From NCBI GenBank assembly GCA_001662655.1, contig KV460227.1: DNA of 64,000 nucleotides. One strand, given 5' to 3'. The DNA is from Pseudogymnoascus verrucosus (lineage: Eukaryota). Both the position numbers and the translations under genes were made by a program. The notes below the pieces were generated by a model that searched no databases, was not told the DNA's origin, and worked only from the letters and a program-made list of their open reading frames with translations. Shown one piece after another: positions 49,524 to 62,109 of the stretch (the first letter of the stretch is position 1; every line of letters starts with the position of its first letter).

Positions 49524-52052
49524 ATGGCATCGGCATCCCGTGCTCCTAAATTTTCGAGTATTCGTCGTTCGAGGCCGTCGTACAGTTGTAAAAGCTGCCG
49601 GGAGAGAAGAGTCAAATGCGATCACGTATATACATTCCTTGCTCCCCGTATCATCTATTGCCACACTTTTTGCTGACACAACATCATGCCTAGACTCATC
49701 CAAAATGCGCCAATTGCAACCGGAACGATTTAGAATGTATCTACGAGGGGGCGGACCTAAAGCGCAAAGACCCTCCAAGAGATGCAGCGGAGAGTGAATC
49801 TCCCGTAAAGGTAATGCGACATAGGTCTCTGGTTGAAGATCCTCAATCCAACCAGGGATACTTGATAATGCAGAATGGTGGTCGCTCGCGGTATGTTGAA
49901 AATACTTTTTGGGCATCAGTGGACATGGAGGTGAATAATCCCTGTGTTGCTGTCATCAGATACTGCTAGCTAAACTCACATTGTTTCAGGGCCTAGAGCT
50001 GGACTCTCTTCTTTTCGATCTCCCGCTATTCCCACTTGAAGATGCCTGTTGTGCCGACCAAGACACGGGCAGTTGTGGCTCGCACACTTCATGTCGGCAT
50101 TACACTGGCACAACCGAACCTAATTTTTCCTTCTGGTCTTCTCGCCCGGCCGTTATGAGAGCAAGTAACAAGGGCATCATGGACATCCTGTCAGAATTAC
50201 CACCTCAGGACACTTGCGACCAGATGTATAAAAATTTCGTGGAAACAGTGCACCCTCTTATTCCGCTTCTGCATCTGCCCACATTCGATAAACTGTATCG
50301 CCGGTTTTGGGATTGGCACAAGACTTGGGCCATCAGTGATTTTCCACAAGGGGTTTTGGCAGAAAACCCGAGTTTCCTGCCGATGCTCCTCGCAGTACTG
50401 TTTACAGGTTCCCTTTCCCATACAGGGTCGCCAAACATTTACATGCCTCTTGACGGTCAGAAAAAGTTGTTTGCGACGATCCCAGTCGCCTTGGCTATGG
50501 TTGGATTTCCGCATAGACCATCTCTATACTCATTGATGGCATTCGTTCTCCTAAATTCAATGTTGATTCGAGAAGAGGAATCTCTAAGCTCGTGCTCTTT
50601 CGTTGCCGTCGCGTTTCGAGTGTGCCAGGCCATGGGCATTCACAAAGACGGCACGGACTTTGGTCTCGATGAGATACAAACCGAGGAGAGAAGAAGAGTA
50701 TGGTGCCATCTGATGCATTTGGATGTCATGACGAGCATTCTATCTGGACTGCCTCTGATTGCGTCGAGCGAGATGTTCAGCGACACGCGCATGATCGGAG
50801 AGTTACGAGATGAGTATATCGGCAAGGTGCAATTGACGGAAGATATGGATGGTAGTCCGATTATTGACCCGAACTATATTGTCACTGCTGGGCGCTATGA
50901 CTCCACTTCTTGCATGCGAAACATCCTCCTCTGGCAGTTCTCACATAAGCCGGTAACCCTTGACAGTGTCAAAAATATGGAAGAGAGTATCGAGTGGTTG
51001 CAGATCCGAACAAAAACACGCGTCAAACGGCTCAGGCTGCATCCTCTGGAAGAATTAGGAAGTCCTTCGTCCCATTCATTCCAATCAACACCTCGTGGTG
51101 ATAACACCGAAGAATTATCCCCCCAGGCGCTTTGGGGAAAAGATTTGCTATGCCTAATGGTCGAGAAGGCTTACTGCCTTTTGTACCACCCAATAATGCA
51201 GCATTCGACTTTGTGGATAGAACTACGCACTAGGTAAGTAACGGACATAGATATTCTTCTAATTGTAACCCGGGAGCTGATAGTGTACAGGGCGATCCCT
51301 CGATTTCAATCCTTCCTATCAATTTTTATTAAGATGTGTACCACGGACAGCTACCTCCCATTCCAATGGCTCTACCCAGGCGCTTACCAGCCTCTCCAAT
51401 GTGTTGCTGTTCTGTTAATTGACCTGCTGAAGGCCCCTGTGTCTGAAGAAGCCGCAAAGTCTCGGAGTCTCCTCGAAAATATCTTCTCTCTTTTGGGCCC
51501 GGAAGGCCGAATTAGTAGTGGAACACTAAACGTTAGTTCTTGGCCCAATCAGAGGTATGCTTCAGCCGGAGCTAAGCAGGCCTGGATGAGACTCGAAAAG
51601 TTGAGATCAAAGGTCTGGCAGAAGTTGGGACTAGACCATAGTGTGCTTTGGGCGAGGACGATCGGAAAGACTTCTCAACAGTCATATAGTACTGATACAG
51701 CTCAAGCTGGGAGCTCTATGGGTCAAACCACAGCACAACAGCCCTTACCTCCTAATCAAAATGATTTTTTCTATTCTAATTTTCTCTTTTCTAGCGAGCA
51801 GCAGAAGTGAGTTTTCCGCCACTTAGGTACTCTCTATTAAGAAGCTGACATAGAAATAGAAATAGTATTCCGTCGACCGAATTTGGAGCTGCCAATTTTG
51901 ATGGTTTAGACCAGCAGAATTTATTGCAAGACCAAACTGCCATCGATAGCCTGCCTGAACAAGACTTAGAATCCTCGTGGCAAACTTCCACATTCCAAGG
52001 TAGCTTATCTGGTACTATACCGCCATTCGATAATATAAATTATCTAGGCTAG
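49524..52052 (+). CDS. Zn(II)2Cys6 transcription factor with fungal-specific TF domain
   Basis: CKSCRERRVKCDH|THPKCANCNRNDLECIY (cluster split by an intron), VHPLIPLLHLPTF, AMGIHKDG..EERRRVWCHL. Confidence 0.9.
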
Positions 52053-52501
52053 TCATTGCATTCAGCAAGGACACGAATAAAACACAGGTCATACCTTCGC
52101 GAGATATTTGCAAATTGGGGCTCAACCTAAATTCAAAGCATCTTCTGAGGCTGGGCTATGGGAGGTAAATTACATCTAGGTTAGGAATAGGTACTATACT
52201 ATCCTGTCAGCCTCGCCCGTCTTACCCGTAGCCTTCGCACTCCTGCTCTCCTTAGGTTTCCTCTGCCATATGCTGTCCAGATACCGTATGTTAACACGTG
52301 TGTTGCTTTTTGCGACCCAGGACGCCTCATTTCTAGTCGGATCCTCGTGAGCCTTCGGCTCGGCAAGCCTTGCCCTACATGACACTCATCCTCGGCATCT
52401 AACAGGCTCACCATGTCTGACAAGTCAATAGTTTCTTTTCCTTTACTTCCCTTAGTATTTAACTTATAATAGGTCAAAGGAGCAGTTATGTAGCCAACAT
52501 G

Positions 52502-52640
52502 NNNNNNNNNNNNNNNNNNNNNNNNNNNNNNNNNNNNNNNNNNNNNNNNNNNNNNNNNNNNNNNNNNNNNNNNNNNNNNNNNNNNNNNNNNNNNNNNNNN
52601 NNNNNNNNNNNNNNNNNNNNNNNNNNNNNNNNNNNNNNNN
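52502..52640. other. Assembly gap (N run) followed by a 14-nt A tract
   Basis: Ns in the sequence; A14 at 52641-52654. Confidence 0.99.
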
Positions 52641-53065
52641 AAAAAAAAAAAAAATAGCCTTGGGCCTCGTCTCTTGCATACTGGATGATTTCTGATCATT
52701 ATGATGTAGATTACTTATCGACGTCATCCCTTCAAAAAAGCCGAGACCAGATCAACTGTCAAAGGATTACTAATCTTTTATTCTAGTAAAGCGTCTACCA
52801 TATCACAATATTCTATAGATTACCAAATCGATTGCCAGTCCATCCCGCATCAGTGGCCATGGAAATCTTGCTGAGACACAGGTGTTGTGACGAATGACGC
52901 GAATATACGACCCTATACTGTCTAGCACAATGATATCGGCCGATAGACTTATATGGAAGATTTATACAAAATGGTGGATTACCCATAATGGCTCTTCTGT
53001 ATAAATAACGAACCAACTCTCTTCCACAGTTAAATATTTACCAAAGATCATTATTCAGGATTACC

Positions 53066-54162
53066 ATGGGTGCTCCTCTTGTAACCGTTCTTGTAATCGG
53101 AGGCACAGGTGCGCAAGGCCAGCCTGTTGTAAAAGGTGCGTCATATATCAACACTAATAGATAGATCCTTTATTAATATTATTAGAACTCTCCGCAGATG
53201 GCCGCTACAAAATCACTGTATTGACGCGCAGTGCACAATCCGAACCCGCACAGGAGCTTGCATCGCTGCCAAACGTCACAATACTGGAAGGCGAAACCTT
53301 CGACGAGCAAACCCTCATGAAAGCATTCAAAGGCATCGATGCGACTTTTGTCAATACCAACGGATTTGCCATCGGCGAGAAAGCCGAGGTCTACTGGGGA
53401 ATCCGCATCTACGAGATTGCATACGGAGCAGGAGTCAAGCACTTCATCTGGGCCTCGCTGGCCTACTCCTCGAAGCTAGCGCACTTCAACCCCGACTTCC
53501 ACTGTGGGCATTTAGATGGGAAAGGGAAAGTGACAGATTATCTTACCTCGCAGCCTACAGACCATATGGCGTGGTCAGTCCTTCTTTCTGCTCCATATGT
53601 GGATACGCTCTCTCAGCTATTGAGACCAAAGCCTGATCCGAATGACCCAAGTCTGATGGTCTTTTCAGCGCCACTTGGCAACACTGCCATGCCTCTCATT
53701 GAACTGGGAGACCTCGGAAAATATGCCAAATGGATGTTCGATCATGTGAAGCGCAGCAACGGCATGACGCTTAAGATAAGCACAGAGCATATCCGCTGGG
53801 CAGACCTGGCGAAGGATTACACTGCTGTTACCGGACGTAAATCAATCTACAGAGACGTTACCCTCGACGAGTATTTTGCATCCGGAGCCTTCCCTGACCC
53901 AGAATTGAAGGTAGGACATAGTGTAACACACGACGATCCGACGCTGCAGACATACCGGGAGAATTTCTCGGCTTTCTGGAGACTGTGGAAGTCTGGCCTT
54001 GATACGAGGGATTATAAGATCATGGACGAGATTTTACCTGGAAGGATTCGCAGTGTCAAGGAGTGGATGGTAAAGACTGGGTATACAGGCGAGCCTGGAA
54101 GAGTCCTAAAGGACTATATTGACAGGGAAAGGAAGAAAACTGGATGGCCACTTCTTGGATAA
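53066..54162 (+). CDS. NmrA-like atypical SDR
   Basis: VLVIGGTGAQGQPVV, intron about 53136-53185, GVKHFIWASL, GHLDGKGKV. Confidence 0.9.
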
Positions 54163-54849
54163 CCTCTCGAACTTCCTTCCACACCAAGTCTCTCACACAA
54201 ATACTTGGGTAATAGTAATGGAAAAATAAATACCATTTGCATCCAGCCTGCAAACCTGCAAATCCGCATCTATATACATGAACCCCATCAGCTGGGATCA
54301 AAATAGCACCCTGTGTTAGCTGCTCTTTTGAACGCTCCAACACCGACTCCCGTGCTTCCCCAATCTAGCCCCTTTCGCCGTGCTTTTCAATCTCCAGTGC
54401 TCCCGCGCTCTCGGTAATCCATGGAACTTCTCCTTGCTCCATCTTCTTCGCTCTTGAAGCCGTTCCGCGAGCAATCTTCCACCCCGGCGCCACGCACACC
54501 TACTCCAGTTAGCAAACCTCGCGGTCAAGGTAGCCATTGTCGCTGCAATTAGCCATCCCATTAGTAGCCGTCCTCATCAGCCGTCGTTTCATCGTTAGCT
54601 GCACCGGCGGTCGTCGCGAAGGGATCGACACCGTCTTCACACTGTGGGGTACGTGCGTTGCTGTTCGCGTGGCGCTGCCGAGGTGGGGTTCTGAGTCGGG
54701 AATAAACGTTATTTTGACGACACCAGGTCGTCTGCGAGGGCGGTCATGTTTTCTAGTCGGGGTCCGTGTAAGCATTCATGCTCGGATGACGGTTGGCGGT
54801 ACTTATATACCATTTGGAGGTCGTCGATCGTGATCGTTCTGATCGCGAT

Positions 54850-54966
54850 TTGGAGATCAATCCACGCATGTTGAAGATCTTTCCATGCGTGTTGAAGATC
54901 TTTCCATGCATGTTTTACCCATGTATGTTGAAGGTCTTGCCGCGCATGTTGAGGATCTTTCCACGC
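54850..54966. repeat. 21-bp minisatellite, about 5 degenerate copies
   Basis: (A/G)TGTTGAAGATCTTTCCATGC units. Confidence 0.8.
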
Positions 54967-55323
54967 GTGGTCGTTCTCGCGGCTAGGCCATGGCATAGCC
55001 ACACCATCTTCTGGTCCTGCCGCCTTGTCGTCTGCCCATCTTGCGGCTTTCCCAGCTTGTAGGCCATCCATCCGTCGCTGCCTCTTCGTGGCCACGTCCG
55101 CTTGCGGCTTTCCCACTTTGTGGTCCTGCCAGCTTGTGGTCCTGCCGCATCATATCCGCCCAACTTGCGGCTTTGCCAACTTGTAGACCTTTCTTCACTG
55201 CCTCCTCATGGCCTACTCAGCTCGTGGCCTCGCCTCTAGTGGCCTCTCATGGCCCTCCAGCTCGTAGCCTCTCCAACATGAGGCTTCCCCCTCTTGTGGC
55301 CTCTCCAGAGGCCTCCCTATAGC

Positions 55324-55546
55324 CTCTTTCAACATATGTTCTCGCGAACGCCTTGCGCCCGTCCGCAAAAACGAATGCTTCTTAACGATCGACCCAAAGA
55401 AAAAATCCGATTGATAAAATCAACGCGCAACAGACTCTTTCAACATATGTTCTGTCGAACGCCTTGCGCCCGTCCGCAAAAACGAATGCTTCTTAATCGA
55501 TCGACCCGAAGAAAAAATCCGATTGATAAAATCAACGCGCAACAGA
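55324..55546. repeat. Near-perfect 111-bp tandem duplication
   Basis: CTCTTTCAACATATGTTC...GATTGATAAAATCAACGCGCAACAGA at 55324 and 55435. Confidence 0.92.
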
Positions 55547-56327
55547 ACGAAATAGCCTCCTCACATCAAGCCCCTGCAACTCTTACCGCTCCTCTTCACT
55601 CCCAACGCCCAAACGTAACAAGCACTCGGATTTTTTGTCATTTTCTCAGCACATGGAGCAAAGAAGAGGAGGCCTTTCACACCCCGGGGAGGGGTATTTA
55701 TCTCCTTTGGTAAATGGTTTTATTGCTCTCTTTCGCGAATGTTCTCTCCGTCTTACCTTTGACGAATGTAAAACCTGCCCGCTTTGGCCTGACCAATATA
55801 ATTCTTACCCATCTTGTAATTGATGCCATAGCACAGACTGGAACCATGGGGGAGATTCAAAGCCCGTACTCTATCCCTGGTACCGAGGGAGATGAGATCA
55901 TATAGTCTCGTGACTTGAGGCGAAGCACTAATGTTATGCTTGTGGCAACCTTATGTCCCCCAGTAGTAGGTGCATGGGATCGATACCAATGGGTGCGAGA
56001 ATATGTTCGTTTGCCGCCCAATGCGACTTGTATTTCTGACACAGTGGTTTTGACATATCGAAACCAAGGATGAAGGATGGAAGGCCACGGATGTGGTGCC
56101 ACGGCGTGCGAATAGTGTATGTGATCCCGTGACTTCAGGACGTAAGGGGGTCTGCAGTGGCGAGGGTCATGTGAAGGTTGCTTATGCTGTGGATATGAGG
56201 CAAGGGACAGGCAAGGGGTAAATCTGATGTTGGATGAGGTATTATGGAACACAGGTAACAGGGTACTTTTTGGTGGTTACCAATCCAACAACAAAGGCTG
56301 CTGGATTTGGAGTCTTATAGCTGGTCA

Positions 56328-57631
56328 CTACTTTGCGTATCCTAACCACTTGACAAAGCTCCAAGGCACAACATCGTCTTTGCCCGGAACTAATCCTCGT
56401 GCAACAACCCAGACAAATCCTGGCCCAGTCCAAGCGGTCCATGCTAGGACCCATATGTAGCCCAGCACCTTAGTGACCCTCCTCGTGGTTACATTACTAG
56501 TTGTAGTTATACCTATTGCCGCCCAGATATAGAGCACCGTGCTCTCTATCATAATCCCAACAGCCTGCATTAAAAAGAACTTTGGCAAATCGAGTGCAAA
56601 CGGGCTTTCTCCGAGAATGACTACCCCAGGGAGGTGAAGGAGCGCAGTGACATAGAACGCGAGGAAGAGTCGAACATAGCGCGAGACTATTTTCCAGTGG
56701 GGAGGTATGCAGAGTACACGAGTAGTGACGAAAGAAGTGAAGGCCTCTAGAGATGACCGAAAGATCTGGTGCCAGGTTATCCTATAAATTTCTTCCGTTA
56801 ACGACCAGCCGCAATAAAATTAAGGAATTAGGCGCAGCCTTACCCCCAAAATCGACGCAATGTATAAGCTTCTCGAAAGCTACCAAATAGTGGAGGCCAG
56901 TTCCGTGGCTCACTTCTACCAGAGAAGACTGCGGTGACCGATGCAATATTGTATGCGATGGTAAAGATACCATAGATGGAGAATGCAGGGAGCAGGACGG
57001 TGATTGGCCGAGCAATGATCTCCTCGAGTGGGATATCCCCTATTCGAGAGAAAAGTGCTTGCTTATATTCAGGGACGTCTATTTCCGGGTTGGGAGCTGG
57101 TAGGGATGCGAATATTGCGTCTAGAGCCAGGTACGTAATGAGAATGTGGGCTATTCTTCCCCTCAGAAATTCGCCCTTGTTTGGAACGTGTTCTGGGTGA
57201 TCTCTCGAAAAGGTAGGTAGTCCCTTTATGGACCATGACGTGTTGACATTCCGGAGGTTAAATAGAAGACACCAAGCTGTAAAGGTTCGCCCAAGTCCTG
57301 ATCGAGACGCAGAGGATGCACTTTGCTTTGGTTTTGAAGTTGTTACCGCGCGCAAATAAACTGCTTTCCACAATAGCAAATCGAAAGCTCGTAGATGGAA
57401 TATCCAAACCAATGACATGAATACGCCATCATAAGTGCTATTCCCTGTAAACACTGGAACGGAGTACTGCAGTTGCGCGGCGATTGCTATTGATAGGAAA
57501 AGAATTGAGGCGCGCTGGAGGACATGTGATGGATCAATGAAAACAATGGCATATGCAAATACAAGAGGAGAAGTAAGAGCAATTGCTCCTAGGTATACCG
57601 CCGGGGATGTTACTACTAAAATAGACATCAT
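56328..57631 (-). CDS. MBOAT_2 family membrane O-acyltransferase (wax synthase/Tri7-like)
   Basis: WPPLFGSFREAYTLRRFWG|ITWHQ, AFYVTALLH, FFLMQAVGIMIE, LGYIWV; one intron about 56783-56841. Confidence 0.88.
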
Positions 57632-58468
57632 GAGACCATATGTTTGATTTCAAGATGATTTACAAATATTTATGAAGTTGTTGATAAACACGCTGCTGAT
57701 GTGAGATTTTAGTCGGTGCCAAGGCTGTAACAACACCTCAATAACTTTCAGATTTTTGACCACAGCCCATTTTACCATCCCCCCATAACAAATTTTTATG
57801 TATTTTACGATGTTTTAAGTGTTACGAAATCTGGTGTTGTGAGAAGACAGTCAGGTGAGGTGTGGGGGTGCAGAACGGGTTTGGGTATGTGCATCGAGGT
57901 AAGGAAGTGATACACCAAACATCTGAAGAAAGTAATACAGAATGCATCATCGCATATTGAAACTGCGAGAATAATTATGAGTTACATTGTCGCCTTGCAT
58001 ATGTCGTGGGGATAAGTACGACGATCGATGCTGCAGTACGTAGGGATGTCAAGATGTCATTAAAGGTTATCCTAACGACAATGCGGTGCTGGGAGGGGAA
58101 GCAAGGATGGTTTTGAGTCTGTGTAATTGAGCTGGGTGGAATAATAGAAGCAGATAAAAGACGATAATGTTCATCCGGTCGTGCACGTCACAACAATCGC
58201 AAGTAACTCAAGATCAATTTAATGAATCAATTTCAACTATCAATCCAATCTAGATATGATTTTCCGGCCATACAGCAGCGCGTCCGCTTCCTGTATTCCC
58301 AACTCCGCCACCTTCTAATCCGTCCCAATTTTCATTTAAATCCCAGTCGTTCAAAGCCGCAATCCAGCTGCGGCTCGAGTCCTTTTTCAGTAAAAACAAC
58401 GCCGGCCAAAATTCAAACTTTTTGTCGTTCTCTCAATCACGAGATTTGACTAGATGCACGAGGATGCT

Positions 58469-58984
58469 TTAGACGTAAAGCATATGCCTCGCGTGCCTGC
58501 GCTTGGCGCCGGCCTTGGTCCCGATCAGACACTCGAGCTCGGTCTCCGGTGTGGACAGCGTCTGGATGTCGTCTGGGAGGTTGTATGCGTTGCTGCAAGG
58601 GAAGGTTTGACACCCGCTCATCGGGGTCTTGCTGTTCTTCGGGTACAGCATCTTCACTCCGTCGTGGTCATCCGGGTTGACGATGGCGCTGACATCGAAG
58701 TAGTTCGAGCCGCTGAAACCGTCCCATCTCACTTCACCGAGCATGCCGGGCTTGTTCTCCTTGCCCTCCGAGACGGTGTACCAGTTGCCTACCCATCCGT
58801 CGGGGAAGGTGGCCTCTTTGGAAGCTCCACCGGGGAGGTCCATGGATGGGATTTCGGGCGAGCCCTCTTGAGGTGTGAAGATGACTTGGCGGTTTGTGCT
58901 GTCTTGCGAAACCATGTTAACGGTGTTCGCGGCGGCGGCGACGGCAAATAGCGTCGCGATCGGGAGAGATTGCCAGAATTGCAT
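58469..58984 (-). CDS. Small secreted Cys-containing protein with thaumatin-like motifs
   Basis: Signal peptide, FPDGWVGNW, YFDVSAI, SGC..FPC.NAY..PDD. Confidence 0.8.
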   Translation of the reverse strand: MQFWQSLPIATLFAVAAAANTVNMVSQDSTNRQVIFTPQEGSPEIPSMDLPGGASKEATFPDGWVGNWYTVSEGKENKPGMLGEVRWDGFSGSNYFDVSAIVNPDDHDGVKMLYPKNSKTPMSGCQTFPCSNAYNLPDDIQTLSTPETELECLIGTKAGAKRRHARHMLYV

Positions 58985-59904
58985 TGTGTCGGTTTGGTTG
59001 TGGGTTGAGTTGTTCGTATAGGTAGATTTAGGTTGCTGTGTGGCTGTATTTGAAACTCGTTTTTTTTAATGTTTTAATATAAACTTCGAGTTCGAACTGG
59101 AGAAAAGAAAGAGGACCGAAACGACACGGTGGAGGGGGTTTATATAGACATCAGGTCAGGGCCATCGAAAGGTGAGCGTTGTAAGCTTTGCCCGCGGAAT
59201 GGGGTGCGGATGGGGAGAGGAAATCGGCGCAATTCATTGTGGACACCCTTGCCTCCAACTTGACGTTGTATAGGCCGGTCCTGAGAGGGTGAAGGGTCTG
59301 GCTCGATGTTGGTTTACCAATGGGTATCTACATGACGGGAGAAGTTGAGCTGTCATGCTTGGTGGGGTCGAAGTCGTCCGAAAACGCCCTCGAATGTGCC
59401 TGGCGGGTGAGTGTCTAGAACTTTGGGTCCCGCTGTTCTGGGTGGACCGACTATTGGATCTTGACTCGGGTACCTGGACGGGTGAGGAACCCTGAAGAAT
59501 CGAACGAAGTGGACCGAGGTCGTTGAGACCGGGCGGCCAATGAGAATATCTTTTGGAACATTACTATGAATGCCCTATGATCTGTTGGCGGGAGGCGACA
59601 TGGAAATGGAAATCCCGTGATCTCCCTCCTGGTCACTTCATTTCACGGGTAACAGCCCCCTTGGTAGAATAGAGGACTGGCACAGAGCGTTTCTGGTAGA
59701 ATGCATATGGTTCTGGAGTGTTTTCTGGTAATATGCATCTGGTTCAGAGCGCAAGCGGTAGACAGTGTACCTGGTATAGAATGCATGCTGTTGGTGGTTT
59801 GTGCGGTGGAACCTGGTTAAGGGTAGTAAGACGTTCAGTTTGAGGGTATCTCACCCCTCACCTTCTTTACCCCTCGCCCCCTCCTGTTCCCTTCCTCCTG
59901 TTCC

Positions 59905-59962
59905 CTTCCTTCCTCCCTTCTTTCCTCCCTTCTTTCCTCCCTTCTTTCCTCCCTTCCTTCCC
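59905..59962. repeat. Pyrimidine-rich 12-bp tandem repeat (CCTCCCTTCTTT)n
   Basis: About four copies visible. Confidence 0.85.
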
Positions 59963-61680
59963 CTCCGAACAGTGCATCTCCACACCAAAATCAACGCGTG
60001 GCGATAGTGGATCGTGGCTTATCTTGGCAACGATCATCCGCTTGTGCCTGCCCTAATGCCCTACCTTAACCCGTCTGCGCCAGTCAGAAGCCGTAAATGG
60101 CTGTTGATGGGTTTTCGTCTCCACGCTCCTGCCGTACCGAAACATTGCCATGCCGCGATGATCGGGGATTTGAACTTTCATCGCTCCACAGGGCTGACCT
60201 ACCACCTCCTCCGTGCTTGGGGGAGCTTGGTGATACCCTCTACCTCCCATCCAACATTCCACAGAAAGAGTATCCGCTCTGGGAATGTACGTACTGCATC
60301 TGTATGTACATGTACGTATTGCACGGTAAGCATGCCGGCAAACACCACACACCACCACTGCCAACATCCCACAAGTCCCTTGCTTCCCATTCCGACATTC
60401 CGACAAACGATCGACTTCTCGACTGAGACACGCAACACAGTGGAGTTGAGTGAATAATGTGGACCCTGCAAAAAGAGCCTTCAAGAGCTTTTCATGTACC
60501 ACCTATCCTGACACGACGACCATGATGGGCCCACGGCCGCCGCGCAGTCGTTCCTTCCTCCTTCGGACCTTCCTCCCAACGGCAACTTCCACCACCACGA
60601 TGCCATTCTTCCCTTCCACCAAAAGTCTGTCGCTCACCGTGGGCAGACATATCACTTCACCCACCCCCACGCAACCCCGACTTCCCTCCGCTTCCGCTCC
60701 CTCTCCCTCGTATGCCCGTTATGGATCTTGCGCGCAGTGGACCTAACCCCCCCCACCACTTCCCACCTGTGTCTGTACAACGTATGTATATACGTATTCA
60801 TTCCTGTTATTGTTCTGGGCCCTGTGTACCTCGAGTTAGCTGCATCGTCGGTGGTCGACGGTCTAGATCTTTGCGAAGATGTTTCAAATAAGGTTACGTC
60901 AGCCGGATCTTTGCCACATTGGCTCGCCACCCGTTGTTGATCGTTGCTTGTTCCTGCGCCGCGGGACGAAAAATTGTCGATGCGCTGGCTTTTGCACGCT
61001 GATCTTGACCCTGTTCCTGGGAGGGAGGGCGAGAGGTGGGTCTGAAGGGGGGGTATTTGGGTCCTGTTCCTGGGACCCGGGTCGAGAAAGCTCTTTGCTG
61101 TGCCTTTTGGCTTGTTGATCTTGACCCTGTTCCTGTTGCGTGCAGGAGGGAGATCGCTGCCTGTTTCTCTCGCGCGGGTGAAGGGATCTCTGCCCGTTCC
61201 TCGTATCCCGATCGAGGAGGTCGATCGATGCCTGTTCCTGATTCGCATGTGGTTGAAGGTTTGTCCTATCTCGTCAATGCTATTATTCATGTTATTTGTA
61301 ATTGATTTTGGTCTGTTTTGACCTGGTGTCAGAGTAATCTGTGCCATGGCCGGATTGAGAGCTCCGTCTTCTTGGTGTCTACGGCCTCTCGCTCTCGAGA
61401 GCCATTCGCAGTGCGAAGGATTCTCGGAGGAAGCGGACTTCGTGTCATAGCTTGACATGCCCGTTGCAGGGGGCGGATTTTGTGTCATTGATCGGCCTGA
61501 TTCAATCCCTTTGATGAAGGTAAAGTGTTGGTTTGAAATGCTGTCGTGCAGGTTCCATAATTGTCGTTGTTGAGACTCGCCCAATGAGGCCTTCAAATTT
61601 CTTTCTTCCAAATTGGGATTTATAAGTTGTGAATTATCTATTTGAATTTTGATACAACTTAATATACAAGCCAATGCCCG

Positions 61681-61984
61681 AGTGGGGTTATGTATGTGGC
61701 TTTGGGTGGTGTTTGTGTGCTGAAGTCGATATTGAGCCTCATTGTTGTCAGCATCCACACACACGTCAACGCAAGTCGTATAAGTATAAACATATATATA
61801 AGCTATGCGACTCAATAGGCCTTAAAATACCCTAGTGGGATTATGTATGTGACTTTAGGTGTGGTTGCTGTGCTGAAGTGGAGGTTGGCGACGTCGATAT
61901 TGAGGTCTTAGAGCCCCATTGTTGATAGTATCCACAGCCACGTCAACATAAGCCATATAAGTATAAACATCTATATAAGCTATA
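61681..61984. repeat. Two-copy degenerate direct repeat, about 130-150 bp
   Basis: AGTGGG.TTATGTATGTG.CTTT.GGTG...GTCGATATTGAG...CACGTCAAC...TATAAGTATAAACAT.TATATAAGCTAT at 61681 and about 61834. Confidence 0.82.
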
Positions 61985-62109
61985 TAACTTCATCTACATT
62001 CAAAGAAAAGGGCAAAAATATAGCTCGATATCTAAAAATGCAAAAGACCCATCAGATCTCGTCGTTTTGAGATCCGATGGTAGAAAATCACTTGATTTTA
62101 CTTTTTTTT

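Noticed and set aside
54709..55116. ORF with HAWKDLQ heptad repeats
   Set aside because: Explained by the 21-bp minisatellite; no other coding evidence.
56328..57631. MBOAT acyltransferase as marker of a secondary-metabolite cluster
   Set aside because: No PKS, NRPS, terpene synthase or other backbone gene in the window.
15000..58000. Starship giant transposon carrying the cluster
   Set aside because: No DUF3435 tyrosine-recombinase captain or definable ends are seen in this window.
60652..61815. 387-aa minus-strand ORF and neighbouring Cys-rich ORF (60053-60502)
   Set aside because: Non-ATG start running through repeat DNA, low complexity and no recognisable domain; may hide a small orphan gene but cannot be supported.
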